This document shows positions 39,302 to 49,012 of a DNA stretch of 64,000 nucleotides, in pieces. Both the position numbers and the translations under genes were made by a program. Position 1 is the stretch's first letter, and every line of letters begins with the position of its first letter. Below the pieces are notes generated by a model. It had not been told where the DNA came from. It was given only the letters and a program-made list of their open reading frames with translations, and did not search any database. This stretch comes from a virus. The DNA is taken from the IMG/VR virus record IMGVR_UViG_3300023181_000271; one strand, given 5' to 3'.

Positions 39302-39658
39302 TCATAGTTTGCTGATTAAAATAGAGCGTTCCCAAATCTGATACTCGTCAGCTTTACGGCCTTCAGCAATCGAGTGTATTGCATAAGCAATATTAATTTC
39401 CTTCGACACGCCAACCTGATCAAGTATACCTGTAACCAAACCTCCTTTGTACTTTCGGAGCTTATAATATGATGCGTCCAATAGACTTCCGGTTACGGCC
39501 CACCAGAAATCAATTCCAGCTTTCTTCATCTGCCTTTCTGATACATCAAAGTCATCGGGCACGGTAGCTAAACAATATTGAATACCGAATGATGTTACGG
39601 TTGTACTTACCTTTGAAGGCTTAAAGGCGCTTATGCCTGGTTGTGTTAAAATGATCAT
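39302..39658 (-). CDS. Hypothetical protein
   Basis: ORF in early array. Confidence 0.35.
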   Translation of the reverse strand: MIILTQPGISAFKPSKVSTTVTSFGIQYCLATVPDDFDVSERQMKKAGIDFWWAVTGSLLDASYYKLRKYKGGLVTGILDQVGVSKEINIAYAIHSIAEGRKADEYQIWERSILISKL

Positions 39659-39664
39659 AATATT

Positions 39665-39862
39665 TTAGTGTTTTAAGGTTTCTAAGGTTATTTCTGAATG
39701 ATCAATGAAAGACTCCACTGACTTGGCTAATGCAGCCTTCTTCTGTTCCAGTACATTGATGTACATAAATCCGCTAACTAGCATACAGAGAGTCAGCAGG
39801 CCAAGCATAAGCATGGTCATCTTTTTAATTGGTTTCATACGAGAAATGATTAATTTTTGCAC
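39665..39862 (-). CDS. Small membrane protein
   Basis: 65 aa with one TM helix (MLMLGLLTLCMLVSGFMYI). Confidence 0.35.
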   Translation of the reverse strand: MQKLIISRMKPIKKMTMLMLGLLTLCMLVSGFMYINVLEQKKAALAKSVESFIDHSEITLETLKH

Positions 39863-39910
39863 CAGAAAACCCCGCTTATCTCTAAGCAGGGCGATTGTAA
39901 GTAATTTTGT

Positions 39911-40267
39911 TTAATAATTATTCCCAGGAAATGATGCGCCTGGAGGAAATGTAGTTTGTCCTGGTGCTGTACGGTGAAGCACCATTTGTGTGAGTCCTCC
40001 TGAAATTTGTTCATACGTAAAATATTCGTACGGGTGGCATACAGCGTAATATCCACAATAACAAATACCTGTATTGTGAGGGAATGTACCCGGCCCTTCA
40101 CCAGGAGGATTCTGAGGATCAACTACGGATACAGCATGATCGGCATGTGTTAAGTCTTTCTTCAATTCAATTTTAGATTTTGAATCGGGCGTAACATTTG
40201 ATTCTTTCTTGCAGCCTACACCTAGTGTAACTGCAAATACCATTAAGGCGATAATAAGATTTTTCAT
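39911..40267 (-). CDS. Small Cys-rich lipoprotein
   Basis: Signal peptide with lipobox-like LGVGC; CYCGYYAVC motif. Confidence 0.45.
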   Translation of the reverse strand: MKNLIIALMVFAVTLGVGCKKESNVTPDSKSKIELKKDLTHADHAVSVVDPQNPPGEGPGTFPHNTGICYCGYYAVCHPYEYFTYEQISGGLTQMVLHRTAPGQTTFPPGASFPGNNY

Positions 40268-40332
40268 TTGCCACGAAAGCCCCGCTGATCTGAACCAGCA
40301 GGGCTAGATTTAACGCATCCACGCGGTCGGTC

Positions 40333-40542
40333 TTACAATTTTTTATCAAGATACATCTTCAATATAATCACCATAGCTTCCGTTAAAGGGTAGCCATCCA
40401 CGATCAGTATATCGTTCTCCCAGCCAATTACAGTATCACCTTTCTCGGAATCATCATTTGGTTCACCGATGTAGATATCACCATCTACAATCACAAAAGC
40501 AGTCTCTTCAGACTTTACAGATAAAATCTCATTCATTTCCAT
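40333..40542 (-). CDS. Hypothetical small protein
   Basis: 69-aa ORF preceded by ATGTTCT motif. Confidence 0.3.
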   Translation of the reverse strand: MEMNEILSVKSEETAFVIVDGDIYIGEPNDDSEKGDTVIGWENDILIVDGYPLTEAMVIILKMYLDKKL

Positions 40543-40722
40543 TATCGAAGTTTTTAAATAGAAAAAGGCTTATCCCCAGTTTGCGCTTCGACTCGCTCCC
40601 CAGAGATAAACCTCTTTTAAATGTCTTTAAACAGTCCTAAGTCGAAGTATGAACTGATTGATAAACAAATGTAATAAAAAATGTTCTATATGTTCTATTT
40701 TAGAACATTTTATTTAAAAAAA

Positions 40723-41388
40723 TTAGTGCATCCGGCTGATTACAGCATTTAAATTCTTCTCCTGATCAGGGGTTAATCTGTTATGTCTTTTGAAAAGATA
40801 AAGCAGATGGGCCAGTTCACTGTTACGGTGATAGTATTTACCCAGCAGGATATTGTCAAAGTTCCTTTTGTTTTTGTGCAGGAATGGAGCAGGTTTAACA
40901 ATCGTTCCCTGGTACAAACTTCTGGTATAGATCAGGCCGGCATAAGATGGCACCTCTTCTGGTTTAATCAATCCTTCAGGACATGCATAAAAGAATTTGT
41001 TTGGCAGCTTTTCAAATGGTTTTACAAAGTTAATATAGCTGGACTCCGAATGCTTTTCATACTTCTTTGTTTCGGGATTATACCTTGATTCACTTGAAAT
41101 ACCAAATCTGGTACACGGTAAGCAAACAGCAATCTCATTTCTCCTCGTGAATATCTTGTGCTTATCGGTTTTATGTGTAAAGTCTTTCTTAAAGTCCTGC
41201 CTGCTCACCTTCACCTCTACCTCCACACTGTAGCCGCTTTTGCTGATAGCAAAGAAGTCGCTTTCCCAGTCGAATATGAAAGTATTGAACAGCGGGTAAT
41301 CGTAATTACCGAAGAGGACCTTTACAGCCTCGTGTACTTCGCGTGTTGTCATGTTTGGTATCGGTTTCGATGTTGTGAATAGGTCCAT
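40723..41388 (-). CDS. PD-(D/E)xK-like nuclease candidate (VRR-NUC-like)
   Basis: Segment DWESDFFAISKSGYSVEVEVKVSRQD fits D-x(n)-E-x-K nuclease core. Confidence 0.35.
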   Translation of the reverse strand: MDLFTTSKPIPNMTTREVHEAVKVLFGNYDYPLFNTFIFDWESDFFAISKSGYSVEVEVKVSRQDFKKDFTHKTDKHKIFTRRNEIAVCLPCTRFGISSESRYNPETKKYEKHSESSYINFVKPFEKLPNKFFYACPEGLIKPEEVPSYAGLIYTRSLYQGTIVKPAPFLHKNKRNFDNILLGKYYHRNSELAHLLYLFKRHNRLTPDQEKNLNAVISRMH

Positions 41389-41417
41389 AGTGGTAGTTAT
41401 GTAAATTTACATAGGTT

Positions 41418-41801
41418 TTAAATCCACACTTGGAGCATGGTAGTTACTCTTAGATGTGGGTAATCATGATTGTAGTGATTCCATCCTAAACCTGCGAATG
41501 GGAGGTAAACTATTCCATCATAGTAAACAGCAGCATACCATCCAGATTCCTTCTTAGTTCGATCGTGTGATCTCATAATGCAGGGATATTCAGTGTTCTT
41601 ATCAAACTTCTTAAACCTGCTGCAATTAAATCCCAGGTTAGCGATCGTTTCTCTAATTTCTTTTGCCTTCCATCTTGCATTGGTACTACCACCACGAGCT
41701 GCAATGATCTCAGCAAGCTCATGCCCTGTAAGCATACCGATAAGCGATGCAATGAAATGATCATCACCGAAGTCCACCAGATCTATTTCGTACTTTTCCA
41801 T
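41418..41801 (-). CDS. Hypothetical protein
   Basis: 127-aa ORF. Confidence 0.35.
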   Translation of the reverse strand: MEKYEIDLVDFGDDHFIASLIGMLTGHELAEIIAARGGSTNARWKAKEIRETIANLGFNCSRFKKFDKNTEYPCIMRSHDRTKKESGWYAAVYYDGIVYLPFAGLGWNHYNHDYPHLRVTTMLQVWI

Positions 41802-42008
41802 TTAGTGATACCAGTTATGGTGACACCTTAAACAATATGCTTGACCGCCACCAATACCATGATTTGAAACCAGTATAGGGATTGTACAGTTACACCAAGT
41901 TCCGCAATCATCAGTTGTAGGCTTAAGATAACCGTACAGAGGTGATTTACTTTGTTTCTGTTTATCTGTTTGCGCTGCCATAATTACAATTTTTGAAGGA
42001 TTATCCAA
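41802..42008 (-). CDS. Small Cys/His-rich zinc-finger protein
   Basis: CGTWCNC ... CLRCHH motifs. Confidence 0.35.
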   Translation of the reverse strand: MDNPSKIVIMAAQTDKQKQSKSPLYGYLKPTTDDCGTWCNCTIPILVSNHGIGGGQAYCLRCHHNWYH

Positions 42009-42526
42009 GTGCCGGTTTGTGATTCTGCAGTTATGTAAGCTTCTTTAGAAAGGTCGGCAATCCTATTTCCTGCTACAGTTTTACTATTCATAACTGCTTC
42101 AAATGGGTTTATACCGTAACACTCATTGACCTGCATCAATGATGCAAATGATTCTTTAGCAGAATCGCAATAACGCAAATGGTATTTTGGTTTTTCAGTC
42201 ATGTAGTCAATAAATAGCCCTGCTTTTTTAATCTCAACGATTTCCGCACATTGCTTTTCGGTAAGACCCTTTGATTTTCCTAATATCTTAAACTCACCAT
42301 CTGGCAATTTAATGGCTGGTAATGTGATATGTTCAGGTAGCTTACTTACCCTCGCTAAAGCTTTCTCTAACCTATCAGGTGGAAACATCTCATCTTCTCC
42401 AATATCAGTGGCAGGGTTGTCAGCTTTAACAACCAAGTATCCCATGTTTGCAAATGCGCTTACATAACGATCGGGCATAAGCACCGCCAGCCCTTCAAAC
42501 TTTTCTGTTTTGATTTCTTTGATCAT
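41984..42526 (-). CDS. Hypothetical protein
   Basis: 180-aa ORF. Confidence 0.35.
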   Translation of the reverse strand: MIKEIKTEKFEGLAVLMPDRYVSAFANMGYLVVKADNPATDIGEDEMFPPDRLEKALARVSKLPEHITLPAIKLPDGEFKILGKSKGLTEKQCAEIVEIKKAGLFIDYMTEKPKYHLRYCDSAKESFASLMQVNECYGINPFEAVMNSKTVAGNRIADLSKEAYITAESQTGTWIILQKL

Positions 42527-42783
42527 AGTTTCCGTTTTCTATTAAGCCAGGCATCAAACTTGGCATCATCAATTTTATTGTCATGTGTTGCAATCACATA
42601 CTCATCGGTTACAACCTTTGCAAAATGCTTTTGCAGGCTCGATAGCAGATCGAATATCTCGACGCTGGAGAAGTCGTTTGAACCTACCACATCCATTTTA
42701 TTGTCTGATTCAGGCGTTAAGGTGATGGTGCACTTTCTAACTTTCCTTTTGCCGAATACGGCCATGCCTTTAATCTTTGCCAT
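42523..42783 (-). CDS. Hypothetical protein
   Basis: 86-aa ORF. Confidence 0.3.
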   Translation of the reverse strand: MAKIKGMAVFGKRKVRKCTITLTPESDNKMDVVGSNDFSSVEIFDLLSSLQKHFAKVVTDEYVIATHDNKIDDAKFDAWLNRKRKL

Positions 42784-42955
42784 TACTGATTTTATTTTAG
42801 ACTGATCCTAAACATTGGCTTTTTTTCACTTCCACACCATAGACGATGCTTTCTACCTTCCTCCCTAGTGAAGACGATACCGAAAGTAATATTCGGGTTA
42901 TTAGTTTTAATGAACTCCAAAAGGTCGTTGTAGTTTTTAGTCATGTAATCCATAA

Positions 42956-43792
42956 TTATTCCCCGGTTAATTGTTTACGATACCATTCGCCTGTGATCGC
43001 TCTGTATAGTAATGATAAATCTTCAACAGAGGTTACCGATGTTAATTTGTCTTGTCCGTTTGATTTTACTAAGTAATGTTTAGCTTCTTTATATGGTCTT
43101 GAAAGATATAAGCCTGACATTTTTGGATGAAAATAGCTATTTCCTACTTCTTCAAAACCCTGAGAAATTAAAATATCGTGATCTAAACTAACCACCTTAA
43201 CCGTACTGGCGGGGGCTTCGTAATGAGGGCAATTTGTCTGTTGATTGATTTGCCTATTTAATTCATCACTTAGCAGTGTAATGCCTTGTAAAACTTCGCT
43301 GTATGGAATGTTTGATGTATGGCAGGTAAAAGATAGTTTGCCGTCTATTACTTCAAATTCACCGCTTAGGTTCTTTGTATCAGTACTGGCAGTGGATGAT
43401 TTGAATTGCGCCTCTTCTTCGTCAAATGTTTGGTTTATACTTTTAACAGCCCAGCTGTAACGCTCGTTATCCCTGTAATGATTAGAGGACTTATCGTAGT
43501 ATTCTGCATCAACTTTATCTAAAGCTATTTGCCTTGCTGTCTTCACTTGCTTACCGGCACTTGAAAGGGATGATCTTCTACCAGCGTACATTTCTGTTGC
43601 CTCCTGAAAGTTCTGGCACTGGTGAATAGATTGCGGTTTAGATCCGACAGGGATTGTTAAATCTCCCATCCATTCAATATGAGAATCATTCTCACGTGTT
43701 CCGGTCTGAACCTGCTCATCCAACTCACTTGCTAAAAAGGTGCAATTAGTTACATTGTTATGTAGGATTGATTTGTTGGCTATTACTTTCAT
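42956..43792 (-). CDS. Hypothetical protein
   Basis: 278-aa ORF. Confidence 0.4.
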   Translation of the reverse strand: MKVIANKSILHNNVTNCTFLASELDEQVQTGTRENDSHIEWMGDLTIPVGSKPQSIHQCQNFQEATEMYAGRRSSLSSAGKQVKTARQIALDKVDAEYYDKSSNHYRDNERYSWAVKSINQTFDEEEAQFKSSTASTDTKNLSGEFEVIDGKLSFTCHTSNIPYSEVLQGITLLSDELNRQINQQTNCPHYEAPASTVKVVSLDHDILISQGFEEVGNSYFHPKMSGLYLSRPYKEAKHYLVKSNGQDKLTSVTSVEDLSLLYRAITGEWYRKQLTGE

Positions 43793-44070
43793 GATTCTGG
43801 GTTTATAGTCCGTTCCTCACCACAGTGGGAGCATCTGAACCGGTTAACAAAATGCTCTCTAGGAGCGCCTATAATTTGTTTGAAATCATGCTCGCCACCA
43901 TTAGCACAAGGCAGAATATACTCCATTGTGCACCTGATGTATGAAACTGTAAAACCAAATACCTTTTCACATTCCTCACATTCTGTTTCAAATTGTTCAT
44001 CCTGTTCATGACAATCATCTGGAATGTCATTTAATTTTTCACAATACGGACACGTTAGTTTATCGCTCAT
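43789..44070 (-). CDS. Zinc-ribbon protein
   Basis: CPYC ... CEECEK ... CSHC paired-Cys motifs. Confidence 0.4.
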   Translation of the reverse strand: MSDKLTCPYCEKLNDIPDDCHEQDEQFETECEECEKVFGFTVSYIRCTMEYILPCANGGEHDFKQIIGAPREHFVNRFRCSHCGEERTINPES

Positions 44071-44344
44071 TACGCACCTCCTTTACTTCAAAGCTTCGAT
44101 TTGCCGCCAGTTCAGCATCACGAACCACCACTAACCCTAATCCGTACTCTTTAATCACCTCACGGGCTTTATTTTGCGCTTCCTCCAAATTGTACACACT
44201 GCGTACTTCTATCTTTCCAGTCATTACTTTGAACTTCGACGGCTGGTACTTCTCAATGAAGATTTGAAGATCGCTCTTCTTTAAGTTTTTTAATGCTCTT
44301 GGAACTATCGCCAAGCTGTCATTTATTGCTAACATTTTACTCAT
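44060..44344 (-). CDS. Hypothetical protein
   Basis: 94-aa ORF. Confidence 0.3.
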   Translation of the reverse strand: MSKMLAINDSLAIVPRALKNLKKSDLQIFIEKYQPSKFKVMTGKIEVRSVYNLEEAQNKAREVIKEYGLGLVVVRDAELAANRSFEVKEVRNER

Positions 44345-44403
44345 AACTATCTGTTTTCTTTATGATTGTGTAATTGGTGAATTTTATTAATTGAAAGTTT
44401 TCA

Positions 44404-45156
44404 TTATTTAAATGGAATGTTTTCACTTTCCAAAGAGAATATTTGCTCAAAGTATTTATTGAGTGCTATCTTCTTCGATCGTGGAATAACCTTTTCATTT
44501 GAGGCCATAAGGGCTTCTATCTGGATATTGAAGCGTCTTGCCTCTTCTACGGATAAAGGATTTTGTAAGCGTTTGTATTCTTCTGCCCGGGCCAGCTCTA
44601 CCATTTCAAACTTCTCTTTCGGTGTGAATGGGATGAGTCCTTCGCTATCGAGAAAAGCGTACACAATGTTTCCTAAATCGTCATAAAAACCTTTGATTTT
44701 GTATTTTTCATACGCTTTCTGTGCAAATTCAATACGATTCTCCCGGGTTAATTCTTTGGATGGTTCAGGTAATGCTGCAACTGGTAATGTCTTTCCCAGG
44801 TTAGCACGGTAATCGCTGACAAGGTATCCGATGATAAACTTTTCAAAGGTGACAACACTAACTCCAAAGAATTCACCATACTCACCTCTGATACCTTTGG
44901 AAAAGCAGTTACTAATTTCGCCTACCCTCAGCTGCTTGTAATCTTTCCGGATGCTGTTGCTTATTTCGCTTACCAGGATAGTCATAGTCTGCTGATCTGG
45001 AACGGCCCAGCCTAAATGGGTAATGGATTTCATGACCTGTGCAAGAACTTCATTGTGGACAGTTTTGTAATCTTCCAGAAAAGCTGGTTGATTTTGAAGA
45101 ACGTGCTGCACTTCTGAACTTTTATTAGTGGTTGTGATTTGGGTTTTGTTTTCCAT
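44404..45156 (-). CDS. Hypothetical protein (replication-module associated)
   Basis: 250-aa ORF immediately downstream of replication initiator. Confidence 0.35.
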   Translation of the reverse strand: MENKTQITTTNKSSEVQHVLQNQPAFLEDYKTVHNEVLAQVMKSITHLGWAVPDQQTMTILVSEISNSIRKDYKQLRVGEISNCFSKGIRGEYGEFFGVSVVTFEKFIIGYLVSDYRANLGKTLPVAALPEPSKELTRENRIEFAQKAYEKYKIKGFYDDLGNIVYAFLDSEGLIPFTPKEKFEMVELARAEEYKRLQNPLSVEEARRFNIQIEALMASNEKVIPRSKKIALNKYFEQIFSLESENIPFK

Positions 45157-45157
45157 A

Positions 45158-45961
45158 TTAAAGTTTTAATCTTTCATACATATCGAGCGCGGCCTGCACT
45201 CCTTTTTTTGGTTTTTCCTCAGTTGATTTTTTGACAGCCACTTCAATTGATCGGTTGATCCATCCTGAGGCAGCAGATTTCCAATTGGCCATTTTATTTT
45301 TTCCAACCATCCAGTTTTTTGAGCAATAAAAATCAATGAACTTTTTAGCTTGGAAGTTGCAGTCGTGATCAGACCATTTTGTTTCATTTACTTTCTCTGA
45401 AAAGAAGTTGGAAACATCAATGTGTGTGGGAGGGGAAAATGTAGTTTTCCCACTTATAGTTTTCTCTGTTTTAGGTTTAGGTGTTTTGTTGTTTTGTTGT
45501 TTAGGAATATTCCCTGTGCTTTCCTCATGCATTCCCTGTGCTGTACCAAGTGCGTTCCCTGTGCTTTCTGCATGCTGTACCAAATTTTGGTATAGCACAT
45601 TTATCTGAAAAAAGGCAGATTGATACTGATTTGGTCCTTTTTCATAAATAACATACCCTCCATCAACAAGCTCTTTAATGGCTGAATAGTAAGTGTTCTT
45701 TGTTATGCCAGTCATGCTTAAGACCTGACCAAATGCAACTCTAAATCGATCTTTCCACCCACACCTATTATTGATCTGCAGTAGCGACAAATACACTATA
45801 GAGGACGATGGTTTTAAGTCCATGTCCAACTCACACTTCTGCCAAAAAGCATTAATCTGCTTTATATAATCCATACTGCCTATTGAAGTAATACTATCCC
45901 TGCGCACCATTAAGGTTGTCAGCTTGTTTTCTGGTACCGGATGGGTACAAAGAAGGTGCAC
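45158..45961 (-). CDS. Putative replication initiator / DnaD-like replisome organiser with internal iterons
   Basis: N-terminal winged-helix-like region, conserved C-terminal W-rich region; three 12-bp direct repeats ATTCCCTGTGCT inside the coding sequence (lambda O-like arrangement). Confidence 0.45.
   Translation of the reverse strand: MHLLCTHPVPENKLTTLMVRRDSITSIGSMDYIKQINAFWQKCELDMDLKPSSSIVYLSLLQINNRCGWKDRFRVAFGQVLSMTGITKNTYYSAIKELVDGGYVIYEKGPNQYQSAFFQINVLYQNLVQHAESTGNALGTAQGMHEESTGNIPKQQNNKTPKPKTEKTISGKTTFSPPTHIDVSNFFSEKVNETKWSDHDCNFQAKKFIDFYCSKNWMVGKNKMANWKSAASGWINRSIEVAVKKSTEEKPKKGVQAALDMYERLKL
45509..45566. repeat. Iteron-like direct repeats (3 x (A/G)TTCCCTGTGCT, ~22-24 bp spacing) = candidate origin of replication
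   Basis: Copies at 45509-45520, 45531-45542, 45555-45566, preceded by (GTTTT)n simple repeat 45481-45505. Confidence 0.5.
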
Positions 45962-46059
45962 AGGGATAGTATTGAATGTCTTACGGCTGACAACCGGGAC
46001 CGCAATTTAATTAATTATTTCGGAATTGTTCTACTTGTTCTAATTTAGAACATTATGTA

Positions 46060-46440
46060 TCAAAAAAAAGGAGCATCAGCGTTTATTTTAGACTGCATTA
46101 CGATCACACATTTATTACCAGTTAGATAAGGAAGGAATAAGTTCACCCATCTATAAACGCTTACAGCAGATACCCCGATGGTTAGACCAATCTTCTGAAA
46201 AGAATACCCTTGGCGGTATAATTCATATGCATAAGCCTTGGTACGCAATTCATATCTGTTATTGGTAGAGGACTTCTGGTGATCAGGATGTGATTTATAT
46301 TTCATTTTTAAACGTTGTGTTTCAATGCCTCGCCAATTCCTATTCAGTTTCAATCCGATTGCTTTATCAGACATTGATCCTGAATGCTGCCTTATAAATT
46401 CTAATTCCTCTTCTGTATATCTACTGTACTTAGTTCCCAT
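46060..46440 (-). CDS. HTH-domain protein
   Basis: Two HTH-like segments (KAIGLKLNRNWRGIETQR; KIGLTIGVSAVSVYRWV). Confidence 0.4.
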   Translation of the reverse strand: MGTKYSRYTEEELEFIRQHSGSMSDKAIGLKLNRNWRGIETQRLKMKYKSHPDHQKSSTNNRYELRTKAYAYELYRQGYSFQKIGLTIGVSAVSVYRWVNLFLPYLTGNKCVIVMQSKINADAPFF

Positions 46441-46620
46441 CTTAAAATAACTTTAACTGTTCTGGTTTAACTTTTGGTGGCTGGTAATTGTCTCGCTCCC
46501 ATCTTTTTTTTAATTCTTCGGCCGGCAGGATCTTGCTAACCTGGTATTCTCTCTGGTGGATCAACTCTTGAATGTATTCGTAATCAAGTAATCCGGATGC
46601 CCACTTTTCAAAGGCGTTCA

Positions 46621-47568
46621 TTAGTATTTAGACATTACACAATGTCCGTGACTCATTTTATACTCAATAAGTTCCTCGTCAGTCATGTGACCAAATTCAG
46701 CAATAGCCTCCTGAAGTATTTCAGGTAGAAGCTTTTCACCTTTAACCCCTAAATTTTTACCGACCCTATGGCTCCACTTAGCAATTTTATTAGCTTCATA
46801 ACGAACCCAATCATACCAATCAGCAGGATGAAATCTAAATAACCACAGTATTTCAATTTTACTTAGGTAAGGACAGAACTTGCAATTAGAAGGAAAGGGT
46901 AATTTAAAATTTGTATGGTTTAAAATATGATCGTGAACATTCCACCGCGCAATTCCTTCCAAAACAAGCGGGTAAATCTTTTCTACCGCTAACCTAAACC
47001 ATAATGGGACCGGGTTTTTATGCTTTTTAAAGGCATCTGTTTGGTTTGCTTTAAGTTCCTTTTTGGTAGCTTTTTTAATCCTCTGCTCCTCGCCTGCGGC
47101 TATACCAATGATCATTCTAATTCTACTATGGTCCTTAGCAAATTTCTTAATGAAATTCTTACCTTTTGGTTGAATGACTGAATTGTAACCGTAATATTTT
47201 TTAGCGATATAATGATCTATAAAATTATAGATAGGCTTAATTTTTAGATTATCTGTGCATGATCTCGGCCCCATTAATGACATTATCGAATCATTTTTAA
47301 TAAACTGTCCCTCTAAGGTCTGCCACGTTGCAGGATGATATTCGCCATTAGTTAAAAAATAAAACTCAATTCCATATTGGTGGCAGAGGGCTTTGATATA
47401 ATTCACGTGTTCATATGTGTGCTTATGTTCATTACCAGGGTCCGACTCTACTACAATGAAATGACCTTTAACATATTTTTCTCTAAACTCTTGATAAAGC
47501 ATTATACGATACAATATGTCAGTACTATCCTGTCCAGCTCCGAAAGATAAAACGGTTAATTGTTCCAT
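46621..47568 (-). CDS. PAPS-reductase-like PP-loop ATP pyrophosphatase family protein (DndC/CysH-like)
   Basis: N-terminal PP-loop variant LSFGAGQDST (cf. SGGKDS); 315 aa; several conserved Cys. Confidence 0.7.
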   Translation of the reverse strand: MEQLTVLSFGAGQDSTDILYRIMLYQEFREKYVKGHFIVVESDPGNEHKHTYEHVNYIKALCHQYGIEFYFLTNGEYHPATWQTLEGQFIKNDSIMSLMGPRSCTDNLKIKPIYNFIDHYIAKKYYGYNSVIQPKGKNFIKKFAKDHSRIRMIIGIAAGEEQRIKKATKKELKANQTDAFKKHKNPVPLWFRLAVEKIYPLVLEGIARWNVHDHILNHTNFKLPFPSNCKFCPYLSKIEILWLFRFHPADWYDWVRYEANKIAKWSHRVGKNLGVKGEKLLPEILQEAIAEFGHMTDEELIEYKMSHGHCVMSKY

Positions 47569-48305
47569 TATGTAGCCTCCATTTCTGCAACTTTTATAGG
47601 ACGAACCTGCATTGTGGTAAGATTCAGATAAAGTCCATGGTAATCAATCCTTCCATCAGTAATTAACTTCCAAAGTAAGTTGCATCCTAAATTTGCCAAA
47701 GTAGAATTAATAAATAAATCCTGCTTACCTAACGCTTCCGCGAGTGAACAGCTGGGCCCTTGATTCTTCTCTTTAATTTTTTTTAAATCAAAAAGTTGAG
47801 TAACACTTTTAAGTTCTTCAGAGAACAGTGTTCCAAGAACTACCTGGCCAGTCTTTTGAGAATTTCCAAAATCCAACCAGTAGAACCGCTTACCGTATTC
47901 GTAACCACCAGTATTTGTATATATGCCCTTTCCAATTTCAATTCTTGTTTTTGCAGTATCTACACAGGTGATGAGGATGTTTGCATGATTGAGTGTATCA
48001 AACTTAGCATTGATCGCCTCCCATTCAAAACCGAAAAACCTGTTTATTCTGGTAATAGATATGATTGCTTTATTCAATCCTAAATCACCTGGAGAATACA
48101 ACTGTCTGCCTACATTAGCCATACTTACGGTATCATGATCAAAGGCGCGAACATGAATACCGGGATGACCAAGTGCAACAAGTCCAGTGTGAATTCTGGC
48201 TAAAGCACTGAGTACCTGAGAACCTGTACCACCTACACCGACCAGATCTACCGTAATCTTATGTGTAGGATTTAAAAGATAATTATGTGTCTTATGATAT
48301 GCCAT
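47568..48305 (-). CDS. ThiF/MoeB/E1-like adenylyltransferase-family protein (PRTRC ThiF-like)
   Basis: Rossmann motif VDLVGVGGTGSQVL and overall ThiF-family architecture, 245 aa. Confidence 0.7.
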   Translation of the reverse strand: MAYHKTHNYLLNPTHKITVDLVGVGGTGSQVLSALARIHTGLVALGHPGIHVRAFDHDTVSMANVGRQLYSPGDLGLNKAIISITRINRFFGFEWEAINAKFDTLNHANILITCVDTAKTRIEIGKGIYTNTGGYEYGKRFYWLDFGNSQKTGQVVLGTLFSEELKSVTQLFDLKKIKEKNQGPSCSLAEALGKQDLFINSTLANLGCNLLWKLITDGRIDYHGLYLNLTTMQVRPIKVAEMEAT

Positions 48306-49012
48306 TATAAGATAGATTTAAGGGATATTTTTACCTGATGGGAAACCAGTTCATTGATACTGCTCCATTTAAGCGATGGATTTTGGATCATCCTCTTCCA
48401 TACTAGGTTACCGTTTGACTTGCAGAAATTACCACCGTGCATAGCTGAGAATTCTGATAGCCAGAACATGTCCTCCCAGTACTTCATGATGTTGCTGAAT
48501 GATAAAATATCAGGCTTCTTAACTTTCGCATTACCAAGGCACACTGATTCAGTGGTTACATTATAGTATGGCGCTCTGTATAATTGCGTATCTTCTGTCG
48601 GTCGCTTATTACTCTTTAATGCAAACACTTTTAATCCTGATTTTGTAGCAGAATAAACAGTTGCTGGTACGTAAGCAAGTCCAGAATCCATTTCTAATGA
48701 AGATGAGAAATGAATCGTCCTCTGCTCTTCTTTGCGGTACCAAACCAAACTGTACTCGCCTGACCCTTCCGATTCACCTTTCAATAAATTCTCCGGAATA
48801 TATCCACTTAACCTAACTTTACCAGCATTATTATCAAAAATTGAATTGGCAATTGCTTCAAGGGTTTTTACCTTCAGTGGCCTGCCCTCTAGCATCTGTC
48901 CATCTTTATTAATCGGATGGCTTTCTAAATAAAAATCATCATGTGATTTATAAGCGATCATAGCCATGAATGGCACGAAGCTTCCATTAAGCTGTTCTGA
49001 TACTTTATTCAT
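48305..49012 (-). CDS. Hypothetical protein (PRTRC protein B-like by size and position)
   Basis: 235 aa, translationally coupled to ThiF-like gene; contains HPIN motif. Confidence 0.35.
   Translation of the reverse strand: MNKVSEQLNGSFVPFMAMIAYKSHDDFYLESHPINKDGQMLEGRPLKVKTLEAIANSIFDNNAGKVRLSGYIPENLLKGESEGSGEYSLVWYRKEEQRTIHFSSSLEMDSGLAYVPATVYSATKSGLKVFALKSNKRPTEDTQLYRAPYYNVTTESVCLGNAKVKKPDILSFSNIMKYWEDMFWLSEFSAMHGGNFCKSNGNLVWKRMIQNPSLKWSSINELVSHQVKISLKSIL

Noticed and set aside
48305-49012. Calling the 235-aa cassette protein an E2/UBC enzyme on the basis of an HPIN motif
   Set aside because: No catalytic Cys at the expected distance after HPN; similarity too weak, left as hypothetical PRTRC-B-like
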